NCBI GenBank assembly: GCA_964016885.1
Contig: OZ024741.1
Coordinates: 414,718,001 to 414,782,000 of the forward strand
DNA from: Eledone cirrhosa
Taxonomy: Eukaryota
Length of the DNA stretch: 64,000 nt
Direction: 5' to 3'
Shown here: piece by piece, positions 45,151-62,900 of the stretch
How the letters are laid out: every line of letters begins with the position of its first letter
Numbering within the stretch: the stretch's first letter is position 1
Made by a program: the position numbers and the translations under genes
The notes under the pieces: generated by a model
The model's input: the letters and a program-made list of their open reading frames with translations, nothing else
What the model was told of the DNA's origin: nothing
Database searches by the model: none

Positions 45151-48100
45151 CACCAGGAGACCTACATCACACATACTTTGATCTGACACTCTACCGAGTA
45201 TAACACACCGGGAGACCTACATCACACATATTTTGGTCTGACACTCTACCGAGTATAAGACACCAGGCGACCTACATCACACATACATAGGTTTAACACT
45301 CTACCGAGTATAAGACACCAGGAGACCTACATCACACATACATAGGTCTGACACTCTACCGAGTATAAGACACCAGGAGAACTACATCACACATACTTTG
45401 GTCTGACACTCTACTGAGTATAAGACTCCAGGAGACCTACATCACACGTACTTTGGTCTGACACTCTACCGAGTATAAGACACCAGGAGACCTACATCAC
45501 GCATACTTTGGTCTGACACTCTACCGAGTATAAGACACCAGGAGAACTACATCACACGTACTTTGGTCTGACACTCTACCGAGTATAAGACACCAGGAGA
45601 CCTACATCACACGTACTTTGGTCTGACACTCTACCGAGTATAAGACACCAGAAGACCTACATCACACATACTTTGGTCTGACACTCTACCGAGTATAAGA
45701 CACCAGGAGACCTACATCACGCATACTTTGGTCTGACACTCTACCGCGTATAACACACCAGGAGAACTACATCACACATACTTTGGCTGACACTCTACCA
45801 AGTATAACACACGAGGAGACCTACATCGCACATACTTTGGTCTGACACTCTACCGAGTATAACACACCAGGAGACCTACAGCACACATACTTTGGTCTCA
45901 CACTCTACCGAGTATAACACACCAGGAGACCTACATCGCACATACTTTGGTCTGACACTCTACCGATTATAAGACACCAGGAGACCTACATAAACACATA
46001 CATAGGTTTAACACACTACTGAGTATAAGACACCAGGAGACCTACATCACACATACATAGGTCTGACACTCTACCGAGTATAAGACACCAGGAGACCTAC
46101 ATCACACATACATAGGTCTGACACTCTACCGAGTATAAGACACCAGGAGACCTACATCACACATACATAGGTCTCACACTCTACCGAGTATAAGACACCA
46201 GGAGACCTACATCACACATACTTTGGTCTGACACTCTACCGACTATAAGACACTAGGAGACCTACATCACACGTACTTTGGTCTGACACTCTACCGAGTA
46301 TAAGACACCAGGAGACCTACAGCACACATACTTTGATCTGACACTCTACCGAGTATAAGACACCAGGAGACCTACATCACACATACATAGGTTTAACACT
46401 CTACCGAGTATAAGACACCAGGACACCTACATCACACATACATAGGTTTAACACTCTACCGGGTATAAGACACCAGGAGACCTACATCACACATACTTTG
46501 GTCTGACACTCTACCGAGTATAAGAGACCAGGAGACCTACATCACACGTACTTTGGTCTGACACTCTACCGAGTATAAGACACCAGGAGACTTACATCAC
46601 ACGTACTTTGGTCTGACACTCTACCGAGTACAAGACACCAGGAGACCTACATCACACGTACTTTGGTCTGACACTCTACCGAGTATAAGACACCAGGAGA
46701 CCTACATCACACGTACTTTGGTCTGACACTCTACCGAGTATAAGACACCAGGAGACCTACATCACACGTACTTTGGTCTGACACTCTACCGAGTATAAGA
46801 CACCAGGAGACCTACATCACACATACATAGGTTTAACACTCTACCGAGTATAAGACACCAGGAGACCTACATCACACATACATAGGTTTAACACTCTACT
46901 GAGTATAAGACACCAGGAGACCTACATCACACATACTTTGGTCTGACACTCTACCGAGTATAAGACACCAGGAGACCTACATCACACATACTTTGGTCTG
47001 ACACTCTACCGAGTATAAGACACTAGGAGACCTACATCACACATACTTTAGTCTCACACTTTACCGAGTATAAGACACCAGGAGACCTACATCACACGTA
47101 CTTTGGTCTGACACTCTACCGAGTATAACACACCAGGAGACCTACATCACACATACTTTGGTCTCACACTCTACCGAGTATAAGACACGTGGAGACCTAC
47201 ATCACACATACTTTGGTCTTAAACTCTACCGAGTATAAGACACCAGGAGACCTACATCACACATACTTTGGTCTTACACTCTACCGAGTATAACACACCG
47301 GGAGACCTACAGCACACATACTTTGGTCTCACACTCTACCGAGTATAACACACCAGGAGACCTACATCACACATACTTTGGTCTGACACTCTACCGAGTA
47401 TAACACACCAGGAGACCTACAGCACACATACTTTGGTCTCACACTCTACCGAGTATAACACACCAGGAGACCTACATCGCACATACTTTGGTCTGACACT
47501 CTACCGATTATAAGACACCAGGAGACCTACATAAACACATACATAGGTTTAACACACTACTGAGTATAAGACACCAGGAGACCTACATCACACATACATA
47601 GGTCTGACACTCTACCGAGTATAAGACACCAGGAGACCTACATCACACATACATAGGTCTGACACTCTACCGAGTATAAGACACCAGGAGACCTACATCA
47701 CACATACTTTGGTCTGACACTCTACCGACTATAAGACACTAGGAGACCTACATCACACGTACTTTGGTCTGACACTCTACCGAGTATAAGACACCAGGAC
47801 ACCTACAGCACACATACTTTGGTCTGACACTCTACCGAGTATAAGACACCAGGAGACCTACATCACACGTACTTTGGTCTGACACTCTACCGAGTATAAC
47901 ACACCAGGAGACCTACATCACACATACATAGATCTGACACTACCGCGTATAAGACACCAGGAGACCTACATCACACGTACTTTGGTCTGACACTCTACCC
48001 AGTATAAGACACCGGGAGACCTACATCACACGTAATTTGGTCTGACACTCTACCGAGTATAAGACACCAGGAGACCTACATCACACGTACTTTGGTCTGA

Positions 48101-51100
48101 CACTCTACCGAGTATAAGACACCAGGAGACCTACATCACACATACATAGGTTTAACACTCTACCGAGTATAAGACACCGGGAGACCTACATCACACATAC
48201 ATAGGTTTAACACTCTACTGAGTATAAGACACCAGCAGACCTACATCACACATACTTTGGTCTGACACTCTACCGAGTATAAGACACCAGGAGACCTACA
48301 TCACACGTACTTTGGTCTTACACTCTACCGAGTATAAGACACCGGGAGGCCTACATCACACGTACTTTGGTCTGACACTCTACCGAATATAACACACCAG
48401 GAGACCTACAGCACACGTACTTTGGTCTGACACTCTACCGATTATAAGACACCAGGAGACCTACATCACACATACATAGGTCTGACACTCTACCGAGTAT
48501 AAGACACCAGGAGACCTACATCACACGTACTGTGGTCTCACACTCTACCGAGTATAAGACACCAGGAGACCAACATCACACGTACTTTGGTCTGACACTC
48601 TACCGAGTATAAGACACCAGGAGAACTACATCACACGTACTTTGGTCTGACACTCTACCGAGTATAAGACACCAGGAGACCTACATCACACGTACTTTGG
48701 TCTGACACTCTACCCAGTATAAGACACCAGGAGACCTACATCACACGTACTTTGGTCTGACACTCTACCGAGTATAAGACACCAGGAGACCTACATCACG
48801 CATACTTTGGTCTGACACTCTACCGAGTATAAGACACCAGGAGAACTACATCACACGTACTTTGGTCTGACACTCTACCGAGTATAAGACACCAGGAGAC
48901 CTACATCACACGTACTTTGGTCTGACACACTACCGAGTATAACACACCAGGAGACCTACATCACACATACTTTGGTCTGACACTCTACCGAGTATAACAC
49001 ACCAGGAGAGCTACATCACACATACTTTGGTCTGACACTCTACCGAGTATAACACACCAGGAGACCTACATCACACATACTTTGGTCTGACACTCTACCG
49101 AGTATAACACACCAGGAGACCTACAGCACACATACTTTGGTCTCACACTCTACCGAGTATAACACACGAGCAGACCTACATCGCACATACTTTGGTCTGA
49201 CACTCTACCGAGTATAACACACCAGGAGACCTACATCACACATACTTTGGTCTGACACTCTACCGAGTATAACACACCAGGAGACCTACATCGCACATAC
49301 TTTGGTCTGACACTCTACCGATTATAAGACACCAGGAGACCTACATAAACACATACATAGGTTTAACACACTACTGAGTATAAGACACCAGGAGACCTAC
49401 ATCACACATACATAGGTCTGACACTCTACCGAGTATAAGACACCAGGAGACCTACATCACACACACATAGGTCTGACACTCTACCGAGTATAAGACACCA
49501 GGAGACCTACATCACACGTACTTTGGTCTCACACTCTACCGAGTATAAGACACCAGGAGACCTACATCACACATACTTTGGTCTGACACTCTACCGAGTA
49601 TAAGACACCAGGAGACCTACATCACACGTACTTTGGTCTGACACTCTACCGAGTATAACACACCAGGAGACCTACATCACACATACATAGATCTGACACT
49701 ACCGCGTATAAGACACCAGGAGACCTACATCACACGTACTTTGGTCTGACACTCTACCGAGTATAAGACACCAGGAGACCTACATCACACGTAATTTGGT
49801 CTGACACTCTACCGAGTATAAGACACCAGGAGACCTACATCACACGTACTTTGGTCTGACACTCTACCGAGTATAAGACACCAGGAGACCTACATCACAC
49901 ATACATAGGTTTAACACTCTACCGAGTATAAGACACCAGGAGACCTACATCACACATACATAGGTTTAACACTCTACTGAGTATAAGACACCAGCAGACC
50001 TACATCACACATACTTTGGTCTGACACTCTACCGAGTATAAGACACCAGGAGACCTACATCACACGTACTTTGGTCTTACACTCTACCGAGTATAAGACA
50101 CCAGGAGGCCTACATCACACGTACTTTGGTCTGACACTCTACCGAATATAACACACCAGGAGACCTACATCACACGTACTTTGGTCTGACACTCTACCGA
50201 GTATAAGACACCAGGAGACCTACAGCACACATACTTTGATCTGACACTCTACCGAGTATAAGACACCAGGAGACCTACATCACACGTACTTTGGTCTGAC
50301 ACTCTACCGAGTATAACACACCAGGAGACCGACATCACACATACATAGATCTGACACTACCGCGTATAAGACACCAGGAGACCTACATCACACGTACTTT
50401 GGTCTGACACTCTACCGAGTATAAGACACCAGGAGACCTACATCACACGTACTTTGGTCTGACACTCTACCCAGTATAAGACACCGGGAGACCTACATCA
50501 CACGTACTTTGGTCTGACACTCTACCGAGTATAAGACACCAGGAGACCTACATCACACGTACTTTGGTCTGACACTCTACCCAGTATAAGACACCGGGAG
50601 ACCTACATCACACATACTTTTGTCTGACACTCTACCGAGTATAAGACACCAGGAGACCTACATCACACGTACTTTGGTCTGACACTCTACCGAGTATAAG
50701 ACACCAGGAGACCTACATCACACGTACTTTGGTCTGACACTCTACCGAGTATAACACACCAGGAGACCTACATCACACATACTTTGGTCTCACACTCTAC
50801 CAAGTATAACACACCAGGAGACCTACAGCACACATACTTTGGTCTGACACTCTACCAAGTATAAGACACCAGGAGACCTACATCACACATACTTTGGTCT
50901 GACACTCTACCGAGTATAACACACCAGGAGCCTACATCACACATACATAGGTCTGACACTCTACCGAGTATAAGACACCAGGAGACCTACATCACACATA
51001 CATAGGTCTGACACTCCACCGAGTATAAGACACCAGGAGACCTACATCACACGTACTGTGGTCTCACACTCTACCGAGTATAAGACACCAGGAGACCAAC

Positions 51101-54100
51101 ATCACACGTACTTTGGTCTGACACTCTACCGAGTATAAGACACCAGGAGACCTACATCACACGTACTTTGGTCTGACACTCTACCGAGTATAAGACACCA
51201 GGAGACCTACATCACACGTACTTTGGTCTGACACTCTACCCAGTATAAGACACCAGCAGACCTACATCACACGTACTTTGGTCTGACACTCTACCGAGTA
51301 TAAGACACCAGGAGACCTACATCACGCATACTTTGGTCTGACACTTTACCGAGTATAAGACACCAGGAGAACTACATCACACGTACTTTGGTCTGACACT
51401 CTACCGAGTATAAGACACCAGGAGACCTACATCACACGTACTTTGGTCTGACACACTACCGAGTATAGCACACCAGGAGACCTACATCACACATACTTTG
51501 GTCTGACACTCTACCGAGTATAACACACCAGGAGACCTACATCACACATACTTTGGTCTGACTCTCTACCGAGTATAACACACCAGGAGACCTACATCAC
51601 ACATACTTTGGTCTGACACTCTACCGAGTATAACACACCAGGAGACCTACAGCACACATACTTTGGTCTCACACTCTACCGAGTATAACACACGAGGAGA
51701 CCTACATCACACATACTTTGGTCTGACACTCTACCGAGAATAACACACCAGGAGACCTACATCACACATACTTTGGTCTGACACTCTACCGAGTATAACA
51801 CACCAGGAGACCTACATCGCACATACTTTGGTCTGACACTCTACCGACTATAAGACACTAGGAGACCTACATCACACGTACTTTGGTCTGACACTCTACC
51901 GAGTATAAGACACCAGGAGACCTACAGCACACATACTTTGATCTGACACTCTACCGAGTATAAGACACCGGGAGACCTACATCACACGTACTTTGGTCTG
52001 ACACTCTACCGAGTATAACACACCAGGAGACCTACATCACACATACATAGATCTGACACTCTACCGCGTATAAGACACCAGGAGACCTACATCACACGTA
52101 CTTTGGTCTGACACTCTACCGAGTATAAGACACCAGCAGATCTACATCACACGTACTTTGGTCTGACACTCTACCCAGTATAAGACACCGGGAGACCTAC
52201 ATCACACGTAATTTGGTCTGACACTCTACCGAGTATAAGACACCAGGAGACCTACATCACACGTACTTTGGTCTGACACTCTACCGAGTATAAGACACCA
52301 GGAGACCTACATCACACATACATAGGTTTAACACTCTACCGAGTATAAGACACCAGGAGACCTACATCACACATACATAGGTTTAACACTCTACTGAGTA
52401 TAAGACACCAGGAGACCTACATCACACATACTTTGGTCTGACACTCTACCGAGTATAAGACACCAGAAGGCCTACATCACACGTACTTTGGTCTTACACT
52501 CTACCGAGTATAAGACACCAGGAGGCCTACATCACACGTACTTTGGTCTGACACTCTACCGAATATAAGACACCAGGAGACCTACATCACACGTACTTTG
52601 GTCTGACACTCTACCGAGTATAAGACACCAGGAGACCTACATCACACGTACTTTGGTCTGACACTCTACCGAATATAAGACACCAGGAGACCTACATCAC
52701 ACATACTTTGGTCATACACTCTACCGAGTATAAGACACCAGGAGACCTACATCACACATACTTTAGTCTTACACTCTACCAAGTATAAGACACCAGGAGA
52801 CCTACATCACACATACTTTGGTCTGACACTCTACCGAGTATAAGACACCAGGAGACCTACATCACACATACTTTGGTCTTACACTCTACCGAGTATAAGA
52901 CAGCAGGAGAACTACATCACACATACTTTGGTCTTACACTCTACCAAGTATAAGACACCAGGAGACCTACATCACACATATTTTGGTCTTACACTCTACC
53001 AAGTATAAGACACCAGGAGACCTACATCACACATACTTTGATCTGACACTCTACCGAGTATAAGACACCGGGAGACCTACATCACACATATTTTGGTCTG
53101 ACACTCTACCGAGTATAAGACACCAGGAGACCTACATCACACATACATAGGTTTAACACTCTACCGAGTATAAGACACCAGGAGACCAACATCACACATA
53201 CATAGGTCTGACACTCTACCGAGTATAAGACACCAGGAGACCTACATCACACATACATTGGTCTTACACTCTACCGAGTATAAGACACCAGGAGACCTAC
53301 ATCACACATACTTTGGTCTTACACTCTACCAAGTATAAGACACCAGGAGACCTACATCACACATACTTTGGTCTGACACTCTACCGAGTATAAGACACCA
53401 GGAGACCTACATCACACATACTTTGGTCTTACACTCTACCGAGTATAAGACACCAGGAGAACTACATCACACATACTTTGGTCTTACACTCTACCAAGTA
53501 TAAGACACCAGGAGACCTACATCACACGTACTTTGGTCTGACACTCTACCGAGTATAAGACACCAAGAGACCTACATCACACATACTTTGGTCTTACACT
53601 CTACCAAGTATAAGACACGAGGAGACCTACATCACACATACTTTGGTCTGACACTCTACCGAGTATAAGACACCAGGAGACCTACATCACACATACATAG
53701 CTCTGACACTCTACGGAGTATAAGACACCAGGAGACCTACATCACACATACTTTGGTCTGACACTCTACCGAGTTGAAGACAGCAGGAGACCTACATCAC
53801 ACGTACTTTGGTCTGACACTCTACCGAGTATAAGACACCAGGAGACTTACATAACACGTACTTTGGTCTGACACTCTACTAAGTATAAGACACCAGGAGA
53901 CCTACATCACATGTACTTTGGTTTGAAACTCTACCGAGTATAAGACACCAGGAGACCTACATCACACGTACTTTGGTCTTACACTCTACCGAGTATAAGA
54001 CACCAGGAGACCTACATCACACATACATAGGTCTGACACTCTACCGAGTATAAGACACCAGGAGACCTACATCACACATACATAGGTTTAACACTCTACC

Positions 54101-56979
54101 GAGTATATGACACCAGGAGACCTACATCACACATACATAGGTTTAACACTCTACTGAGTATAAGACACCAGGAGACCTACATCACACATACTTTGGTCTG
54201 ACACTCTACCGAGTATAAGACACCAGGAGACCTACAGCACACATACTTTGGTATGACACTCTACCGAGTATAAGACACCAGGAGACCTACATCACACGTA
54301 CATTGGTCTGACACTCTACCGTGTATAAGACACCAGGAGACCTACATCACACATGCTTTGGTCTTACACTCTACCGAGTATAAGACACCTGGAGACCTAC
54401 ATCACACATACATAGGTTTAACACTCTACCGAGTATAAGACACCAGGAGACCTACATCACACATACTTTGGTCTTACACTCTACAGAGTATAAGACACCA
54501 GGAGACTTACATCACACATACTTTGGTCTTACACGCTACAGAGTATAAGACACCAGGAGAGCTACATCACACGTATTTTGGTCTGACACTCTACCGTGTA
54601 AAAGACACCAGGAGACCTACATCACACATACTTTGGTCTTACACTCTACCGAGTATAAGACACCAGGAGACCTACATCACACGTACTTTGGTCTGACACT
54701 CTACCGAGTATAAGACACCAGGAGACCTACATCACACATACTTTGGTCTGACACTCTACCGAGTATAAGACACCAGGAGACCTACATCACACATACTTTG
54801 GTCTTACACTCTACCGAGTATAAGACACCAGGAGACCTACATCACACGTACTTTGGTCTGACACTCTACCGAGTATAAGACACCAGGAGACCTACATCAC
54901 ACATACTTTGGTCTGACACTCTACCGAGTATAAGACACCAGGAGACCTACATCACACATACATAGGTTTAACACTCTACCGAGGATAAGACACCAGGAGA
55001 CCTACATCACACATACTTTGGTCTTACACTCTACAGAGTATAAGACACCAGTAGACCTACATCACACATACTTTGGTCTTACACGCTACAGAGTATAAGA
55101 CACCAGGAGACCTACATCACACATACTTTGGTCTGACACTCTACCGAGTATAAGACACCAGGAGACCTACATCACACGGACTTTGGTCTCACACTCTACC
55201 GAGTATAAGACATCAGGAGACCTACATCACACATACTTTGGTCTTACACTCTACCGAGTATAAGACACCAGGAGACCTACATCACACGTACTTTGGTCTC
55301 ACACTCTACCGAGTATAAGACACCAGGAGACCTACATCACACGTACTTTGGTCTGACACTCTACCGAGTATAAGACACCAGGAGACCTACATCACACATA
55401 CATAGGTCTGACACTCTACCGAGTATAAGACACCAGGAGACCTACATCACACATACATAGGTTTAACACTCTACCGAGTATAAGACACCAGGAGACCTAC
55501 ATCACACATACATAGGTTTAACACTCTACTGAGTATAAGACACCAGGAGACCTACATCACACATACTTTGGTCTGACACTCTACCGAGTATAAGACACCG
55601 GGAGACCTACATTACACATACTTTGGTCTGACACTCTACCGGGTATAAGACACCAGGAGACCTACATCACACATAATTTGGTCTGACACTCTACCGAGTA
55701 TAAGACACCAGGAGACCTACATCACACGTACTTTGGTCTGACACTCTACCGAGTATAAGACACCAGGAGACGTACATCACACGTACTTTGGTCTGACACT
55801 CTACCGAGTATAAGACACCAGGAGACGTACATCACACATACTTTGGTCTGACACTCTACCGAGTATAAGACACCAGGAGACCTACATCACACGTACTTTG
55901 GTCTGACACTCTACCGAATATAAGACACCAGGAGACCTACATCACACATACTTTGGTCTGACACTCTACCGAGTATAAGACACCAGGAGACCTACATCAC
56001 ACGTACTTTGGTCTCACACTCTACCGAGTATAAGACACCGGGAGACCTACATCACACGTACTTTGGTCTCACACTCTACTGAGTATAAGACACCAGGAGA
56101 CCTACAGCACACATACTTTGGTATGACACTCTACCGAGTATAAGACACCAGGAGACCTACATCATACGTACATTGGTCTGACACTCGACCGAGTATAAGA
56201 CACCAGGAGACCTACAGCACACATACTTTGGTCTGACACTCTACCGAGTATAAGACACCAGGAGACCTACATCACACATACTTTGGTCTTACACTCTACC
56301 GAGTATAAGACACCTGGAGACCTACATCACACATACATAGGTTTAACACTCTACCGAGTATAAGACACCAGGAGACCTACATCACACATACTTTGGTCTT
56401 ACACTCTACAGAGTATAAGACACCAGGAGACTTACATCACACATACTTTGGTCTTTCACGATACAGAGTATAAGACACCAGGAGACCTACATCACACATA
56501 CTTTGGTCTGACACTCTACCGAGTATAAGACACCAGGAGACCTACATCACACGTACTTTGGTCTGACACTCTACCGAGTATAAGACACCAGGAGACCTAC
56601 ATCACACATACTTTGGTCTTACACTCTACCGAGTATAAGACACCAGGAGACCTACATCACACGTACTTTGGTCTGACACTCTACCGAGTATAAGACAACA
56701 GGAGACCTACATCACACATACTTAGGTCTGACACTCTACCGAGTATAAGACACCAGGTGACCTACATCACACATACTTTGGTCTTACACTCTACCGAGTA
56801 TAACACACCAGGAGACCTACATCACACGTACTTTGGTCTGACACTCTACCGAGTATAAGACACCAGGAGACCTACATCACACATACATAGGTGTGACACT
56901 CTACCGAGTATAAGACACCAGGAGACCTACATCACACATACATTGGTCTTACACTCTACCGAGTATAAGACACCAGGAG

Positions 56980-59900
56980 ACCTACATCACACATACTTTG
57001 GTCTTACACTCTACCAAGTATAAGACACCAGGAGACCTACATCACACATACTTTGGTCTGACACTCTACCGAGTATAAGACACCAGGAGAGCTACATCAC
57101 ACATACTTTGGTCTTACACTCTACCGAGTATAAGACACCAGGAGAACTACATCACACATACTTTGGTCTTACACTCTACCAAGTATAAGACACCAGGAGA
57201 TCTACATCACACATACTTTGGTCTTACACTCTACCAAGTATAAGACACCAGGAGACCTACATCACACATACTTTGATCTGACACTCTACCGAGTATAAGA
57301 CACCGGGAGACCTACATCACACATATTTTGGTCTGACACTCTACCGAGTATAAGACACCAGGCGACCTACATCACACATACATAGGTTTAACACTCTACC
57401 GAGTATAAGACACCAGGAGACCTACATCACACGCACTTTGGTCTCACACTCTACCGAGTATAAGACACCAGGAGACCTACATCACACATACTTTGGTCTT
57501 ACACTCTACCGAGTATAAGACACCGGGAGACCTACATCACACGTACTTTGGTCTGACACTCTACTGAGTATAAGACACCAGGAGACCTACATCACCCGTA
57601 CTTTGGTCTGACACTCTACCGAGTATAAGACACCAGGAGACCTACATCACACATAATTTGGCCTTACACTCTACCGAGTATAAGACACCAGCAGACCTAT
57701 ATCACACATACTTTGGCCTTACACTCTACCGAGTATAAGACACCAGCAGACCTACATCACACATAGTTTGGTCTGACACTCTACCGAGTATAAGACACCA
57801 GAAGACCTACATCACACGTACTTTGGTCTGACACTCTACCGAGTATAAGACACCAGCAGACCTACATCACACATACTTTGGCCTTACACTCTACCGAGTA
57901 TAAGACACCAGGAGACCTACATCACACATACTTTGGTCTTACACTCTACCGAGTATAAGACACCAGGAGACCTACATCACACGTACTTTGGTCTGACACT
58001 CTACCGAGTATAAGACACCAGGAGACCTACATCACACATACTTTGGTCTTACACTCTACCAAGTATAAGACACGAGGAGACCTACATCACACATACTTTG
58101 GTCTGACACTCTACCGAGTATAAGACACCAGGAGACCTACATCACACATACATAGCTCTGACACTCTACGGAGTATAAGACACCAGGAGACCTACATCAC
58201 ACATACTTTGGTCTGACACTCTACCGAGTTGAAGACAGCAGGAGACCTACATCACACGTACTTTGGTCTGACACTCTACCGAGTATAAGACACCAGGAGA
58301 CTTACATAACACGTACTTTGGTCTGACACTCTACCAAGTATAAGACACCAGGAGACCTACATCACATGTACTTTGGTTTGAAACTCTACCGAGTATAAGA
58401 CACCAGGAGACCTACATCACACGTACTTTGGTCTTACACTCTACCGAGTATAAGACACCAGGAGACCTACATCACACATACATAGGTCTGACACTCTACC
58501 GAGTATAAGACACCAGGAGACCTACATCACACATACATAGGTTTAACACTCTACCGAGTATAAGACACCAGGAGACCTACATCACACATACATAGGTTTA
58601 ACACTCTACTGAGTATAAGACACCAGGAGACCTACATCACACATACTTTGGTCTGACACTCTACCGAGTATAAGACACCAGGAGACCTGCATCACACATA
58701 CTTTGGTCTGACACTCTACCGGGTATAAGACACCAGGAGACCTACATCACACATACTTAGGTCTTACACTCTACCGAGTATAACACACCAGGAGACCTAC
58801 ATCACACGTACTTTGGTCTGACACTCTACCGAGTATAAGACACCAGGAGACCTACATCACACATATTTTGGTCTTACACTCTACCAAGTATAAGACACCA
58901 GGAGACCTACATCACACATACTTTGATCTGACACTCTACCGAGTATAAGACACCGGGAGACCTACATCACACATATTTTGGTCTGACACTCTACCGAGTA
59001 TAAGACACCAGGAGACCTACATCACACATACATAGGTTTAACACTCTACCGAGTATAAGACACCAGGAGACCTACATCACACATACATAGGTCTGACACT
59101 CTACCGAGTATAAGACAGCAGGAGACCTACATCACACATACATTGGTCTTACACTCTACCGAGTATAAGACACCAGGAGACCTACATCACACATACTTTG
59201 GTCTTACACTCTACCAAGTATAAGACACCAGGAGACCTACATCACACATACTTTGGTCTGACACTCTACCGAGTATAAGACACCAGGAGACCTACATCAC
59301 ACATACTTTGGTCTTACACTCTACCGAGTATAAGACACCAGGAGAACTACATCACACATACTTTGGTCTTACACTCTACCAAGTATAAGACACCAGGAGA
59401 TCTACATCACACATACTTTGGTCTTACACTCTACCAAGTATAAGACACCAGGAGACCTACATCACACATACTTTGATCTGACACTCTACCGAGTATAAGA
59501 CACCGGGAGACCTACATCACACATATTTTGGTCTGACACTCTACCGAGTATAAGACACCAGGCGACCTACATCACACATACATAGGTTTAACACTCTACC
59601 GAGTATAAGACACCAGGAGACCTACATCACACGCACTTTGGTCTCACACTCTACCGAGTATAAGACACCAGGAGACCTACATCACACATACTTTGGTCTT
59701 ACACTCTACCGAGTATAAGACACCGGGAGACCTACATCACACGTACTTTGGTCTGACACTCTACTGAGTATAAGACACCAGGAGACCTACATCACCCGTA
59801 CTTTGGTCTGACACTCTACCGAGTATAAGACACCAGGAGACCTACATCACACATAATTTGGCCTTACACTCTACCGAGTATAAGACACCAGCAGACCTAT

Positions 59901-62900
59901 ATCACACATACTTTGGCCTTACACTCTACCGAGTATAAGACACCAGCAGACCTACATCACACATAGTTTGGTCTGACACTCTACCGAGTATAAGACACCA
60001 GAAGACCTACATCACACGTACTTTGGTCTGACACTCTACCGAGTATAAGACACCAGCAGACCTACATCACACATACTTTGGCCTTACACTCTACCGAGTA
60101 TAAGACACCAGGAGACCTACATCACACATACTTTGGTCTTACACTCTACCGAGTATAAGACACCAGGAGACCTACATCACACGTACTTTGGTCTGACACT
60201 CTACCGAGTATAAGACACCAGGAGACCTACATCACACATACTTTGGTCTTACACTCTACCAAGTATAAGACACGAGGAGACCTACATCACACATACTTTG
60301 GTCTGACACTCTACCGAGTATAAGACACCAGGAGACCTACATCACACATACATAGCTCTGACACTCTACGGAGTATAAGACACCAGGAGACCTACATCAC
60401 ACATACTTTGGTCTGACACTCTACCGAGTTGAAGACAGCAGGAGACCTACATCACACGTACTTTGGTCTGACACTCTACCGAGTATAAGACACCAGGAGA
60501 CTTACATAACACGTACTTTGGTCTGACACTCTACCAAGTATAAGACACCAGGAGACCTACATCACATGTACTTTGGTTTGAAACTCTACCGAGTATAAGA
60601 CACCAGGAGACCTACATCACACGTACTTTGGTCTTACACTCTACCGAGTATAAGACACCAGGAGACCTACATCACACATACATAGGTCTGACACTCTACC
60701 GAGTATAAGACACCAGGAGACCTACATCACACATACATAGGTTTAACACTCTACCGAGGATAAGACACCAGGAGACCTACATCACACATACATAGGTTTA
60801 ACACTCTACTGAGTATAAGACACCAGGAGACCTACATCACACATACTTTGGTCTGACACTCTACCGAGTATAAGACACCAGGAGACCTGCATCACACATA
60901 CTTTGGTCTGACACTCTACCGGGTATAAGACACCAGGAGACCTACATCACACATACTTTGGTCTGACACTCTAGAGAGTATAAGACACCAGGAGACCTAC
61001 ATCACACGTACTTTGGTCTGACACTCTACCGAGTATAAGACAACAGGAGACCTACATCACACATACTTAGGTCTGACACTCTACCGAGTATAAGACACCA
61101 GGTGACCTACATCACACATACTTTGGTCTTACACTCTACCGAGTATAACACACCAGGAGACCTACATCACACGTACTTTGGTCTGACACTCTACCGAGTA
61201 TAAGACACCAGGAGACCTACATCACACATATTTTGGTCTTACACTCTACCAAGTATAAGACACCAGGAGACCTACATCACACATACTTTGATCTGACACT
61301 CTACCGAGTATAAGACACCGGGAGACCTACATCACACATATTTTGGTCTGACACTCTACCGAGTATAAGACACCAGGAGACCTACATCACACATACATAG
61401 GTTTAACACTCTACCGAGTATAAGACACCAGGAGACCTACATCACACATACATAGGTCTGACACTCTACCGAGTATAAGACACCAGGAGACCTACATCAC
61501 ACATACTTTGGTCTTACACTCTACCAAGTATAAGACACCAGGAGACCTACATCACACATACTTTGGTCTGACACTCTACCGAGTATAAGACACCAGGAGA
61601 CCTACATCACACATACTTTGGTCTTACACTCTACCGAGTATAAGACACCAGGAGAACTACATCACACATACTTTGGTCTTACACTCTACCAAGTATAAGA
61701 CACCAGGAGATCTACATCACACATACTTTGGTCTTACACTCTACCAAGTATAAGACACCAGGAGACCTACATCACACATACTTTGATCTGACACTCTACC
61801 GAGTATAAGACACCGGGAGACCTACATCACACATATTTTGGTCTGACACTCTACCGAGTATAAGACACCAGGCGACCTACATCACACATACATAGGTTTA
61901 ACACTCTACCGAGTATAAGACACCAGGAGACCTACATCACACGCACTTTGGTCTCACACTCTACCGAGTATAAGACACCAGGAGACCTACATCACACATA
62001 CTTTGGTCTTACACTCTACCGAGTATAAGACACCGGGAGACCTACATCACACGTACTTTGGTCTGACACTCTACTGAGTATAAGACACCAGGAGACCTAC
62101 ATCACCCGTACTTTGGTCTGACACTCTACCGAGTATAAGACACCAGGAGACCTACATCACACATAATTTGGCCTTACACTCTACCGAGTATAAGACACCA
62201 GCAGACCTATATCACACATACTTTGGCCTTACACTCTACCGAGTATAAGACACCAGCAGACCTACATCACACATAGTTTGGTCTGACACTCTACCGAGTA
62301 TAAGACACCAGAAGACCTACATCACACGTACTTTGGTCTGACACTCTACCGAGTATAAGACACCAGCAGACCTACATCACACATACTTTGGCCTTACACT
62401 CTTCCGAGTATAAGACACCAGGAGACCTACATCACACATACTTTGGTCTTACACTCTACCGAGTATAAGACACCAGGAGACCTACATCACACGTACTTTG
62501 GTCTGACACTCTACCGAGCATAAGACACCAGGAGACCTACATCACACATACTTTGGTCTTACACTCTACCAAGTATAAGACACGAGGAGACCTACATCAC
62601 ACATACTTTGGTCTGACACTCTACCGAGTATAAGACACCAGGAGACCTACATCACACATACATAGCTCTGACACTCTACGGAGTATAAGACACCAGGAGA
62701 CCTACATCACACATACTTTGGTCTGACACTCTACCGAGTTGAAGACAGCAGGAGACCTACATCACACGTACTTTGGTCTGACACTCTACCGAGTATAAGA
62801 CACCAGGAGACTTACATAACACGTACTTTGGTCTGACACTCTACCAAGTATAAGACACCAGGAGACCTACATCACATGTACTTTGGTTTGAAACTCTACC

